A stretch of DNA of 64,000 nt from an uncultured delta proteobacterium (GTDB lineage: Bacteria > Myxococcota_A > Polyangia > Haliangiales > Haliangiaceae). Positions 43,653-54,168 of this stretch are shown here, piece after piece; positions within the stretch are counted from its first letter, which is position 1, and each line of letters starts with the position of its first letter. The translations under genes were made by a program, and so were the position numbers. The notes below the pieces were generated by a model. The model made no database searches, was not told where the DNA came from, and saw only the letters and a program-made list of their open reading frames with translations. The stretch lies in contig CAWKDB010000002.1 in assembly GCA_963848295.1 (NCBI GenBank), positions 192,001 to 256,000 of the forward strand. The letters run 5' to 3'.

Positions 43653-44092
43653 TACACGTGGTCCAAGCTGCCGAGCTGATCGACTCGGCGTTGATGACGT
43701 CCACCCGCAAACGTCGTCGAGCGGAACGTCGCGAGCGCATGCTGCGCCACGCCGCCGCCGACGACCCGTGCCCCGAATGCGATGACGTTCGCATCGTTAT
43801 GCTCGCGCGCCATCTGCGCGGTGAACGCATCGTGCACGACCGCGGCGCGCACGCCCGCGATCTTGTTCGCGGCGATCGAGATGCCGATCCCGGTGCCGCA
43901 CACGATCAACCCGAGCGTGCCGGGCTCGCCCGCGACCTTGCGACCGACCGCCGCGCCGAACGTCGGATAGTCGACCGAGTCCTCGGTCAGCGTCCCGAGA
44001 TCCTCGACCGAGTCGCCGAGCTCGCGCAGGCCCGCCACGAGCTCGCGCTTGAGCCCGAGCCCCGCGTGATCCGAGCCGGCGTACCACTTCAT
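43652..44092 (-). CDS. rpiB: Ribose-5-phosphate isomerase B
   Basis: [40 protein letters not shown]. Confidence 0.95.
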   Translation of the reverse strand: MKWYAGSDHAGLGLKRELVAGLRELGDSVEDLGTLTEDSVDYPTFGAAVGRKVAGEPGTLGLIVCGTGIGISIAANKIAGVRAAVVHDAFTAQMAREHNDANVIAFGARVVGGGVAQHALATFRSTTFAGGRHQRRVDQLGSLDHV

Positions 44093-44097
44093 CGCGC

Positions 44098-45348
<1,251 letters not shown>

Positions 45349-45415
45349 GGAGCTCCTTGTCGATCCAACCGGGCCCAGGTCCCGGCCAGCGATCCAGTCG
45401 CGGGACTAGACCCCG

Positions 45416-45434
45416 AAAATCGCTTCGAGGCGAC
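45416..45434 (-). terminator. Weak hairpin plus short T-run after acpP
   Basis: Minus strand GTCGC-CTCGAA-GCGAT-TTT; short stem only. Confidence 0.3.
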
Positions 45435-45443
45435 CCTCCGCGC

Positions 45444-45686
45444 CTACTTCGCGTGGGTCTTGATGTAGTTGACCGCGTCCTTCACCGTCTTGATCTGCTC
45501 GGTGTCTTCCTCGGGGATCGTGATCTTGAACTCTTGCTCGAACGCGAGCACGAGCTCGACCACGGCCAGCGAGTCGGCCTTGAGGTCATCGATGAACGAC
45601 GCCTCGGGCTTCAGCTGCTCGGGGGAGACCTCGAGCTGATTGCAGATGATTTCCTTGACCTTGGCTTCGATCTCGTCAGGCGACAT
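45444..45686 (-). CDS. acpP: Acyl carrier protein
   Basis: [20 protein letters not shown]; acidic, 80 aa. Confidence 0.96.
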   Translation of the reverse strand: MSPDEIEAKVKEIICNQLEVSPEQLKPEASFIDDLKADSLAVVELVLAFEQEFKITIPEEDTEQIKTVKDAVNYIKTHAK

Positions 45687-45732
45687 GACACTTCCTCGAT
45701 GAGGGATGCGCGTTCTTAGTCTAGAACCGGAA

Positions 45733-46521
45733 TTACATCAACATCCCGCCGTTGACCCTGAGCACCTGCCCGGTGATGTAGGCAGCCTCCGGTCCGGCTA
45801 GGAAAGCCACGGTATCGGCAATGTCATCGGCCTTGCCGATGCGACCGAGCGGGATCTGTTCCATCAGCTTGGCCCGCGCGGCCTCGGGCAGATGGTCGGC
45901 GGTCATCGCGGTGTCGATATAGCCGGGCGCGACCGCGTTACAGGTCACGCCGCGCGACGCCAGCTCGCGAGCGGTCGACATCGTCAGGCCGATGATGCCG
46001 GCCTTGGACGCCGAGTACGCGGCCTGGCCGCCGTTGCCCATCTCGCCGACGACCGACGACAGGTTGATGATCCGGCCCGCTTCTTTCGCGCGCAGCAGCA
46101 GCGACGCCGCGGCCCGCGTGGTGTGGAACGCGCCGTTGAGGTTGACGTTGATCGTGCGCTGCCACTGATCGTCGGTGAACCGCATCAGCAGGCCGTTGAC
46201 CGCGATGCCGGCGTTGTTGACCAGGATGTCGAGCTGCTTGTGCTCGCTGCCGATCGCCTTGATCGCGTCGGTCACGCTCGCGCTGTTCGCGACGTCGAAT
46301 CCGGAGATCGCGCCTTGGCCGCCCGCGGCTTCGACCTCGGCCGCGACCGTGCGCGCGTCGGCTTCACGTGACGCCGGTGCGCCCGCGGCGTCGGGCAAGT
46401 AGTTCACGATCACCTTCGCGCCGCGCCGGCCGAGCGCGACGGCGATCGCGCGCCCGATGCCCTGCGATGCGCCGGTGACGAGCGCGACCTTTCCCGCGAG
46501 TGCCTTGTCCGTGATCGCCAT
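45733..46521 (-). CDS. fabG: 3-oxoacyl-ACP reductase
   Basis: [37 protein letters not shown]. Confidence 0.94.
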   Translation of the reverse strand: MAITDKALAGKVALVTGASQGIGRAIAVALGRRGAKVIVNYLPDAAGAPASREADARTVAAEVEAAGGQGAISGFDVANSASVTDAIKAIGSEHKQLDILVNNAGIAVNGLLMRFTDDQWQRTINVNLNGAFHTTRAAASLLLRAKEAGRIINLSSVVGEMGNGGQAAYSASKAGIIGLTMSTARELASRGVTCNAVAPGYIDTAMTADHLPEAARAKLMEQIPLGRIGKADDIADTVAFLAGPEAAYITGQVLRVNGGMLM

Positions 46522-46529
46522 GTGCTCTC

Positions 46530-47454
46530 CTAAGCCTTGAACGCTTCCACTTCGTGCGGCTCGCCGATCGTCGTCGTCTCGATCTGGTTCGCGATGCGCT
46601 TGACGAGGCCCTTCAACGTCGACCCAGCGCCGAGCTCGTAGGCGCGCACGACGCCGAGCTTGCCGAGCGTCTGCACGCTCTCTTCCCAGCGCACCGGCGC
46701 GGTGACTTGCTGGACGAGCAGCTGGCGGATCGCGGCCGGGTCGCGCGTCGGCTCGGCCGTGACGTTCGCGACGACCGGCACGCTCGGCTGCGCGATCGCG
46801 ATGTCCGCGAGCGCCAGCGGCGAGTCGATCCGCGGCCGGCTGCATCAGCGACGAGTGGAATGGCGCGGACACCGCGAGCTTCTTCGCGATCTTCGCGCCG
46901 GCGGTCTTCGCCTCGGCGATCGCGCGATCGATCGCCGCGCTGTGCCCGGAGATCACGATCTGACCCGCGCCGTTCAGGTTCGCCGGCTCGACCGGCTCGC
47001 CCGGCGCCGACGCCTTCGCGCATACCGCGCGCACCGCCGCGAGCTCGAGACCGATGAGTGCCGCCATGCCGCCCGCGCCAACCGGCACGGCGTCCTGCAT
47101 GAACGTGCCGCGCAGGTGAGTGAGCCGAACCGCATCGCCGAGCGACAGCGCGCCGGCGGCGACCAGCGCGCTCCACTCGCCGAGCGAATGACCGGCGGCG
47201 ACCTCGAACGTCAGGCCGCGCTCGCGGAGCACGCGGAACACCGCGATCGACGTGGCCAGGATCGCCGGCTGCGCGTGCTTCGTCAGCACGAGGTCGTCCT
47301 CGGGTCCGTCGAAGCACAGCTTCGAGATCGAGAACCCGAGCGCCGAATCGGCCTCGTCGTACGTCTGGCGCGCGAGCGGGAACGTCAGCGCGAGGTCGCG
47401 GCCCATGCCGACCCGCTGCGAGCCCTGCCCTGGAAACAGCAACGCCGTGTGCAT
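46530..47454 (-). CDS. fabD: Malonyl-CoA:ACP transacylase; apparent frameshift near 46820
   Basis: FPGQGSQ, AQPAI, GHSLGE, VSAPFHS | [20 protein letters not shown]. Confidence 0.92.
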
Positions 47455-47474
47455 CGCGGGGGGTTTTCGCACAA

Positions 47475-47566
47475 GGGGACGGAGGAATCTCTGTCAACCG
47501 GCCCGAACCCGCAACTCTGCGTATCTGCGAACCTTTGCCGGGGACGGAGGAATCTTTGTCAACCGG
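47475..47566. repeat. Two 27-bp direct repeats (47475-47501 and 47540-47566) containing TTGACA on the minus strand, upstream of fabD
   Basis: GGGGACGGAGGAATCTYTGTCAACCGG, 26/27 identical, 38-bp spacer. Confidence 0.85.
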
Positions 47567-47614
47567 ACGCGGCGGCGTTCAGACCCCTCCGCGCGGTCGC
47601 GCGTTCAACCTGCG

Positions 47615-48610
47615 GTGCGGAGGCTCGTCGCGCTCGCGTTGGTCGTGGCCGGGTCCGACGTCGCCTATCGCGCGCCCGAGCACGTCGCCACCCGCTGGCC
47701 GGCTCCGCCGCCCAGTGCAGCCCCCGCCGGGATCGCCCGCCCGCTCGATGTCCGCGCCTGCGAGCTCGACCTCGGCGCCGGCGCGGCCAAGCCGCAGTCG
47801 TTGACGGACCTGCCGGCCGAGCGAGGGTCCCCACCTCCGGTCTCGCCGCGAATCGCGCTGATCGACCGGGCGACCGCGCTGGTGACCGCGGCGACCGTTG
47901 CGGCGACGTGGCCGACGGCGTGGCGACCGCATGTCGAGCTCGACTCGACGGGCATGGCCGCGCACGTCCAGCTCGAGCTGCCGGGCGAGCACAAGCCGAG
48001 CGAGCTCGTACCCGACGTGCTCGCGTTCGTCCGCTCACATCCATGCTTGTTCGGCGCGACCGATCCTAAAGCACTCGTCGCGCGCGCCAGCGAGATCCGA
48101 GGCCCGTGGGTGCTGATCGACCAGCCCCACTCGTTCGGCGCGATCCAGGCCGAGGTCGTCGCCGACCACGGCGTCACCCATGTGCGGATCGACCAGCACC
48201 TTTGGCCGATCGCGATGCCACGGGTCGCGATCGATCCGGCGCGCGTCCTCGCCCGGTATCTCGGGCTCGCGGCTCACCTCGAGATCGGCACGCGTTACAT
48301 GGTCGATCCGAAGACGCACCAACACACCGGCTGCGTACCGATATTCAAAGACGAGGTCACGACGGTAGACAGCTTTGCGCTACACGCACCACCGCTGTTG
48401 GTGTGCCGCGACCGGATCGCCACCGTCACCGCGGGAACCTACGTCGTGCTACCGGGCACGCCCGTGCAGGTCGATCCGGTGCTCGCCGAGCTCCCCGCCG
48501 CGCTCGATCCGAGCGGCGCGGTGATCGCCAAGCCGTGGATCGTCCCCGCCGAACGCCCGGTGGACGAGGACAACCTCGAATTCGACGTCGGTAGCTGCCC
48601 GCCGCCGTAA
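47615..48610 (+). CDS. Hypothetical exported protein
   Basis: VRRLVALALVVAG signal-like start, Pro-rich N-terminus, several Cys. Confidence 0.6.
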   Translation: MRRLVALALVVAGSDVAYRAPEHVATRWPAPPPSAAPAGIARPLDVRACELDLGAGAAKPQSLTDLPAERGSPPPVSPRIALIDRATALVTAATVAATWPTAWRPHVELDSTGMAAHVQLELPGEHKPSELVPDVLAFVRSHPCLFGATDPKALVARASEIRGPWVLIDQPHSFGAIQAEVVADHGVTHVRIDQHLWPIAMPRVAIDPARVLARYLGLAAHLEIGTRYMVDPKTHQHTGCVPIFKDEVTTVDSFALHAPPLLVCRDRIATVTAGTYVVLPGTPVQVDPVLAELPAALDPSGAVIAKPWIVPAERPVDEDNLEFDVGSCPPP

Positions 48611-48653
48611 GATCGCGCGCAACCGGCGGCGCGACCGGCCGATACGCCGGCCC

Positions 48654-49766
48654 ATGGGATATGGACACGCTCACAAGCCGAAACCCGCCGACCACCACGC
48701 CAAGCCCGCAGCGCACTACGATGCGCCGATGCCGAAGCCGAAGCTGATCGGCGACCCGTACCTGGACAACGGCCTCGTCTGCGACCGGCCGCTTAGCCAG
48801 CGCCCGTCGATCGCGGTCTGCGACTTGTTGGCGGCGACGCGTGCCCGCCTCGTTGGCGAGCTTGACCAGCGGGCCGGAGCTGCCAAGACCAACTACCAGC
48901 TCGCTCTCGTGGAGAAACGCGTCGATCTGCTGCTCAGCAAGAGTGACGATTGGGGGCTTCTCGGCGACCTCGCCTTCGGCGCCATTGCCGCGCTGTTGAT
49001 CGCGTGCAGCGATGGACTGCTGGCGCCGGCGGTGGAGGTCGCCGGTGGCGCCGAGGGCGCCACGCTCGCCGCGAAGGCCGCAGCGCCGGCGGAGGTTGCG
49101 ACAGTCTCGGAGCACATCTCGAACGCCGGCCCCGCGGTCGTCAAGTCGCTCATCAGAAGCGGAACCACAGCGATGAGGGCACCGCTCAAGGACAAGCTCC
49201 GGACGCTGCGCCCCGACGTGGCCGCGAAGACGCAATTCGTCGACGGATTGATCGACGCTGCAGGCCAGCTGTTCAATGGCATCACGAGCGCGGTGGAGGC
49301 AAAGGGCGATGATGCGGCGTTGCTGGCCTGGTATGCTGCCCTGGCCGACCGCAACGTGACCGTCTCCATCTTCGCGGCACAGATCGACGAGCTCGTTGCG
49401 CGCTTCTCCGCCAACCGCCTCGACCAGCTCGGGCGCGATACGTTGCCCACGTCGGATGCCCATCCGCGCGAGCTCAGCCGCGAGGTCGTGCGGATTCGCA
49501 ACGGCAAGCAGGTTCGCTACGCGGTGATCCAGTTCGCCGACCGTCTCCCGCCAGGACTGACGATCGGCGAGGTGCTCGGCATGGCCAAGCCCGTACCGCC
49601 GGGCCCGCCGCTCGCGTTCTTTCTCAACTGGGTCGACGCCGACTTCGTCGACGAGGGGGAGTCGATCCAGATGGCGACGTTCGGCACGATGCGCACCCTC
49701 GATGTCGACCACCCCGTGATTCGCGACCTGCCCGAGATCGCAGATTTCGCCGAGGAACACCGATGA
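48654..49766 (+). CDS. Hypothetical protein with His/Pro-rich N-terminus and hydrophobic helical segment
   Basis: 370-aa ORF; ATGA-coupled to the next gene. Confidence 0.7.
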   Translation: MGYGHAHKPKPADHHAKPAAHYDAPMPKPKLIGDPYLDNGLVCDRPLSQRPSIAVCDLLAATRARLVGELDQRAGAAKTNYQLALVEKRVDLLLSKSDDWGLLGDLAFGAIAALLIACSDGLLAPAVEVAGGAEGATLAAKAAAPAEVATVSEHISNAGPAVVKSLIRSGTTAMRAPLKDKLRTLRPDVAAKTQFVDGLIDAAGQLFNGITSAVEAKGDDAALLAWYAALADRNVTVSIFAAQIDELVARFSANRLDQLGRDTLPTSDAHPRELSREVVRIRNGKQVRYAVIQFADRLPPGLTIGEVLGMAKPVPPGPPLAFFLNWVDADFVDEGESIQMATFGTMRTLDVDHPVIRDLPEIADFAEEHR

Positions 49767-50155
49767 AGACCACCGTGATCAGCCTCGTAGCCGCGGCGGT
49801 GGCGCTCGCCGCCGCGATCACCACCGAAGAGGTTCGGCTTCAGCGTGCCGACGCTCGGATCGAGACGCTCGTCGCGGAGCGCACCGAGTATCGGATCCTG
49901 TGCTCGTCGATCCGGTACACCGCCCGCACCGCTTCGCAGAGACTCAACGCATCTGCGTTCGCGCAGCTCGACATGATCGGGATCTTCGCCGGGCTATGCG
50001 GGGCCGATCGCGAGCGCGCTCACCGAGCCGCCGAGCGCGCCGGCGACTGCGCCGCGATCAGCCACGACTGGGCGTGCGCTCGGCAAGCCGCCACGGAACT
50101 AGTCGACATGATGCCGGAGGACTATCCCGAGCTCGACCCGGCGTTCGACCACTAG
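49763..50155 (+). CDS. Hypothetical small exported Cys-containing protein
   Basis: Signal-like N-terminus, 4 Cys, ATGA overlap. Confidence 0.65.
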   Translation: MKTTVISLVAAAVALAAAITTEEVRLQRADARIETLVAERTEYRILCSSIRYTARTASQRLNASAFAQLDMIGIFAGLCGADRERAHRAAERAGDCAAISHDWACARQAATELVDMMPEDYPELDPAFDH

Positions 50156-51201
50156 CCCAACGCAGCGGCCAGCTGCTCGGTGAGCCCGCGCTCCGCGAAG
50201 CTCGCCGCCGAGCGGATCGCACTCGCGATCGCGGTGGCGTCGCTCCGGCCATGGGCGATCAGCACGGGCTTGGTCACGCCCGCGAGCAGCGCGCCGCCGA
50301 CCTCGGTGTAGTCGATCCGCTTCGCGAGGCCGCGCAGCGCCGGTGCGACGAGCGCCGCGCCGAGGCGGGCCCGGGGCGTGCGCTCGAGCTCTTGGCGGAC
50401 GAGGCCGAACAAGCCCTCGGCGATGCCCTCGCACGTCTTCAACACGACGTTGCCGGTAAAGCCATCGGTCGCGACGACATCGACCACGCCGCGAAACAGG
50501 TCGCTGCCCTCGACGTAGCCGACGTACTGGAAGGCGCCGGTTAGCGATCGAACCGCGCCGTCCTGCGGCGGCGCTGCTCGCCGGTCGTTCGCCCCGGCCA
50601 GCGCCGCGAGCAGTGCGTGGGCCTCGCGCGTGACCGCGGTGCCTTTGCCGGGCTCGCCGCCGTTCGACAACAAGCCGACCCGCGGGCGCGAATGCCCGTG
50701 GACGACGCGATCGTAGGCCGCGGCGAGCACGCCGAACTGCGCGAGCATCGCCGGCTTCGGCTCGACGTTCGCGCCGGCATCGCACAACACGAGCGGGCCC
50801 GACGGCGTCGGCAGCACGGTCACGATCGCGGGTCGCTCGACGCCGGGCAGGCGACCGAGCACGAACAGCGCGGTCGCGAGCATCGCCCCGCTGTTGCCGG
50901 CGCCGATCATCGCGTCGCCGCGCCCGGCCGCCAGCTCGGCGACCGCGATCCGCATCGACGAGTCGGGCTTGGCGCGGAACGCTTGCCCGGGGTGGTCGGT
51001 CATCGTGACGACTTGGCTCGCCGGCACGATCGCGAGCCGCGCACGATCCTCAGCGCTCGCGCCGGCGCGCACGAGCTCGGCTTCGATCCGCGCCGCGTCG
51101 CCGACGAGCGAAACGTCGATGCCGCCACCCGCGCGCAGCGCACCTAGCACCTCGGGCGCGGGTGCCCGATCACTTCCCATCGCGTCGACGACGACGCGCA
51201 T
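50152..51201 (-). CDS. plsX: Phosphate acyltransferase PlsX with a 19-aa element insert
   Basis: VDAMGSD, AGNSGA, ERPAI, DAGAN, GYVEG, TDGFTGNVVLK, HGRS. Confidence 0.95.
   Translation of the reverse strand: MRVVVDAMGSDRAPAPEVLGALRAGGGIDVSLVGDAARIEAELVRAGASAEDRARLAIVPASQVVTMTDHPGQAFRAKPDSSMRIAVAELAAGRGDAMIGAGNSGAMLATALFVLGRLPGVERPAIVTVLPTPSGPLVLCDAGANVEPKPAMLAQFGVLAAAYDRVVHGHSRPRVGLLSNGGEPGKGTAVTREAHALLAALAGANDRRAAPPQDGAVRSLTGAFQYVGYVEGSDLFRGVVDVVATDGFTGNVVLKTCEGIAEGLFGLVRQELERTPRARLGAALVAPALRGLAKRIDYTEVGGALLAGVTKPVLIAHGRSDATAIASAIRSAASFAERGLTEQLAAALG
50544..50599 (-). mobile_element. Intragenic double-hairpin element, copy 3 (in plsX)
   Basis: GGCCGGGGCGAACGACCGGCGAGCAGCGCCGCCGCAGGACGGCGCGGTTCGATCGC; gapless 43/56 to the ribE copy; CGCT repeated 57 nt apart. 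Confidence 0.75.
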
Positions 51202-51212
51202 GGCGACCCACC

Positions 51213-51413
51213 CTATTCTTCAGCCGACTTCTTCGCGACGATGGTCTCGCCGCGGTACTGGCCGCAGCTCATGCACACGCGGTGAGTGATCCGCGGCGCA
51301 CCGCAGTTCGGGCAGGCTTGAACCGCCATGTGGTTCGCGCCTGACTTCTTGGACCACGCCGAGCGCTGTTGGCGAGTACGGGTGGGTCCACGACGACGTT
51401 TCTGCAGTGCCAT
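51213..51413 (-). CDS. rpmF: 50S ribosomal protein L32 (zinc-ribbon form)
   Basis: MALQKRR...CPNCG...[17 protein letters not shown]. Confidence 0.95.
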   Translation of the reverse strand: MALQKRRRGPTRTRQQRSAWSKKSGANHMAVQACPNCGAPRITHRVCMSCGQYRGETIVAKKSAEE

Positions 51414-51443
51414 AAGAAGACTCCGGGCGGCCTTTCTGCCAGT

Positions 51444-52061
51444 TCAGGAAGGTAATTTCAAGCCCTTGAGCGCGGCCAGGCGGGGGTCGATGGGCTTCTC
51501 GCACGCGCAGGTCTGTGTATTTCGGTCGATTCCGCACTGCGGGCATAGGCCCTTGCAGTCTTCGCGACACAGCGGCGCGTAGGGTACGGCGAGCACGAAT
51601 TGCTCTCGAAACAGCGGCTCGAGGTCGATCGCCTCGCCGTCGTAGGGGAACACGTCGAGGTCGCCGTCGCCGAGCTCGGCGCCGTCCTCGTCGTCATCGA
51701 CCTTATCTTTGTCCTTGTGCTTCGGCGTCGCCGGCTCGATCTCGGTCGGCAGCTCGCCGCGCGGCAGGAACGTCACGCGCAGGGTCTCGTCGATCGGCAG
51801 CGTGACCGGGCCGACACACCGGCTGCACGCGACCACGAGATGGCCGTGGAACTCGCCCGAGACGAACACCGTCTTGTCGTCGCCGTACAGATCGAGCTCG
51901 GCGACGCCCTGGCCGGCCTCGGGATCCGGTTCGGGTGCGCCGAGCGCGTCGCGCATCGGCATGCCGCGCAGCCAGTCGGAGACCTGGGTCGGCGTGACCT
52001 CGAACCGCCGATGGGTCGGCAGGTCGCGCAGCAACACCGAGAAGGGTGCTTCCTTCGCCAT
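51444..52061 (-). CDS. yceD: YceD/DUF177 family protein
   Basis: CSRC, IDLEPLFRE, PLCREDCKGLCPQCG, DPRLAALK; directly upstream of rpmF. Confidence 0.9.
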   Translation of the reverse strand: MAKEAPFSVLLRDLPTHRRFEVTPTQVSDWLRGMPMRDALGAPEPDPEAGQGVAELDLYGDDKTVFVSGEFHGHLVVACSRCVGPVTLPIDETLRVTFLPRGELPTEIEPATPKHKDKDKVDDDEDGAELGDGDLDVFPYDGEAIDLEPLFREQFVLAVPYAPLCREDCKGLCPQCGIDRNTQTCACEKPIDPRLAALKGLKLPS

Positions 52062-52121
52062 GGCGGCTGGGGAATATAGGTGCGCGATCGCCGCTGTCAA
52101 GCTGCGGTTAGAATGTTCCGT

Positions 52122-52559
52122 ATGAGCCAGCCGCCGATGTGGGTCGTACGCAGTCCCGTGCGATCGTCGTTGGGATACGGGATCCTTGTCGCGCTCAAAC
52201 GCGGGGCTCGGTCAATGGGACGCGGCAATCGAGTACGGCGCACGCTGGAGGTGACAACCAAAGCGCCGGCGGCCGAGGCGTACGCCAAGATCGAAGCGAT
52301 CGGTAGGCCCGTATCGGATCGACGATCGCGACGCCGAAGCGGGCCGCATGCTCGATGCTGTCGTCGCATCTACGCTGGTGATCTTGGGGGTTCATCTACC
52401 CAGTGGTCGTTAGATCGCGGCGCCGAGCGGCTCGCGGATCACTATCGGGATCCAGTCGAAGGTCTTCCAATACGGTTTTTTCGCCAACCGTGCCCATCGC
52501 CCGCTGTGCGACGCGAGCTGGAGGCGCTGCTGTCGGTGCCGGCGGCGCGAGTCGCGTAG
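52122..52559 (+). pseudogene. Small membrane-anchored protein gene with several apparent frameshifts (or sequencing errors)
   Basis: TAGAAT 7 nt before ATG; protein-like fragments in different frames (PYRIDDRD; SWGFIYPVVV; GSRITIGIQSKVFQYG; RELEALLSVPAARVA). Confidence 0.45.
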
Positions 52560-54145
52560 TGCGCTGGCTCGCGGCGCTCGCGTGCTGTGCGGCGTGTAGC
52601 GACGCCTCGACCGCACCGATCACGTTCGGATCGATCGGCCCGCTGTCGGGCGACGCCGGCAAGGGCGGGTTCCGGTTCGGCGTCGCGACCGCCGCGACCC
52701 AGATCGAGGATATGAACCCGAACACCGACTGGTACGTGTGGACCGAGCCCACCGCGCAAGGCGGCCTCGGCAAGGACACGTTCGTCGGCGACGCGGTCGA
52801 CGGCTTCACCGACGACCTCGGCGATGTCGGCCTGATCGCCGACATGGGGCTCGACAGCTACCGGTTCTCGATCGAGTGGGCTCGGATCGAGCCGCAAAAA
52901 GGCGTGATCGACGAAGCCGCGATCGCGCACTACCGCGCCGAGCTGCAAGCGCTGCACGACATGGGCATCCGTCCGCTCGTCACCGTGCTGCACTTCTCGG
53001 TGCCGGTGTGGGTCGGCGATCCGCGCGCGATCAGCTGTCCCGACGGCCCGACCGACACGAACCTGTGCGGGTTCGGCTCGGCCGGCGGCCCGCAGATCAT
53101 CGCCGCCGCGGCCGCCCACGCGACGTTGCTCGCGCAGCGGTTCGGCGATCTCGTCGACGAATGGGGCACGGTCAACGAGCCGATCAATTACCTGATCGCG
53201 GCTTACGGCGCCGGCACGTTCCCACCGGGCAAGGGCCTGGTGTTCGATCTGCCGAGCCTGGTCGCGGTGCTGCGCGACTACCTCGCGATCCACGCCGCGA
53301 TCTACACCGCGATCAAAGCGAACGACACGATCGATGCCGACGGCGACGGTATCGCGGCGTCGGTCGGGTTCTCGATGTCGGTCGCGGACTGGGAGCCCGC
53401 GCGCGGCAACAAGCCGTCGACCGATCCGGACGATATCGCCGCGCGCGATCGCCTGGTCTACATCTTCCACTACCTGTGGGTCGACGCCGTGGTGCAAGGC
53501 GGGCTCGACACCGACTTCGACGGCACGATCGACGAACCGCACCCCGAGTGGAAGGGCACCGTCGATTGGCTCGGCTTGCAGTACTACCTGCGCGGTGGCG
53601 TCACGAGCGCGCCCGCCGCATTCCCGCCGCCGATCTCGTTGACGCCGTGCGTGCTCGGCTTCGATCTCGGCGCGTGCCTGCCGGCGCCGGATCCGACGTA
53701 TTGCGTCGGCCAGATGGGCTACGAGTTCTACCCGCCGGCGCTTCGCGACTTGCTCGGCGCGTTCGCGAAGCGCTACCCGGGGCTGCCGCTGGTCGTCACC
53801 GAGTCCGGCATCGCGAGCGATGTCGGCACGCGGCGCGCGGAGCAGATCGTGCGCACGCTCGAGGCGATCGCGGCGGCTCGCGACAGCGACGGCGTCGACG
53901 TCCGCGGGTTCTACGAGTGGAGCCTGACCGACAACTTCGAGTGGGCGCAGGGGTTCGCGCCGCATTTCGGGCTGTACTCGGTCGACGACACGACCTACGC
54001 GCGGACCGCGACCGAGGGGGCGACCGTCCTCGGCGCGATCGCGAGCTCGCGCACGGTGACGAAGGCCCAGCGCGCGCAGTACGGCGGCACCGGGCCGATG
54101 ACCGCGGACGCGGTGGCGACCGACCCATTCTGCGCCGCGCAGTGA
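52559..54145 (+). CDS. Glycoside hydrolase family 1, lipoprotein-type
   Basis: FGVATAATQIE, YRFSIEWARIEP, TVNEP (acid/base), VTESG (nucleophile), WSLTDNFEWAQG; signal peptide ending CAAC. Confidence 0.9.
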   Translation: MRWLAALACCAACSDASTAPITFGSIGPLSGDAGKGGFRFGVATAATQIEDMNPNTDWYVWTEPTAQGGLGKDTFVGDAVDGFTDDLGDVGLIADMGLDSYRFSIEWARIEPQKGVIDEAAIAHYRAELQALHDMGIRPLVTVLHFSVPVWVGDPRAISCPDGPTDTNLCGFGSAGGPQIIAAAAAHATLLAQRFGDLVDEWGTVNEPINYLIAAYGAGTFPPGKGLVFDLPSLVAVLRDYLAIHAAIYTAIKANDTIDADGDGIAASVGFSMSVADWEPARGNKPSTDPDDIAARDRLVYIFHYLWVDAVVQGGLDTDFDGTIDEPHPEWKGTVDWLGLQYYLRGGVTSAPAAFPPPISLTPCVLGFDLGACLPAPDPTYCVGQMGYEFYPPALRDLLGAFAKRYPGLPLVVTESGIASDVGTRRAEQIVRTLEAIAAARDSDGVDVRGFYEWSLTDNFEWAQGFAPHFGLYSVDDTTYARTATEGATVLGAIASSRTVTKAQRAQYGGTGPMTADAVATDPFCAAQ

Positions 54146-54168
54146 CCGCCGCATAGTACGATCGGATC

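Noticed and set aside
45359..45420. Fifth copy of the 57-bp element between acpP and fabF
   Set aside because: Only the 3' end (CGGTTGGATCGAC) resembles the element; the rest needs gaps and matches poorly.
45733..47472. FabD-FabG fusion (579-aa ORF)
   Set aside because: Produced by the frameshift near 46820; the true fabD C-terminus is in another frame and fabG has its own RBS.
47475..47566. CRISPR array
   Set aside because: Only two repeats, not palindromic, no cas genes in the window, and the repeat contains a -35 box in a promoter position. Kept as a regulatory repeat.
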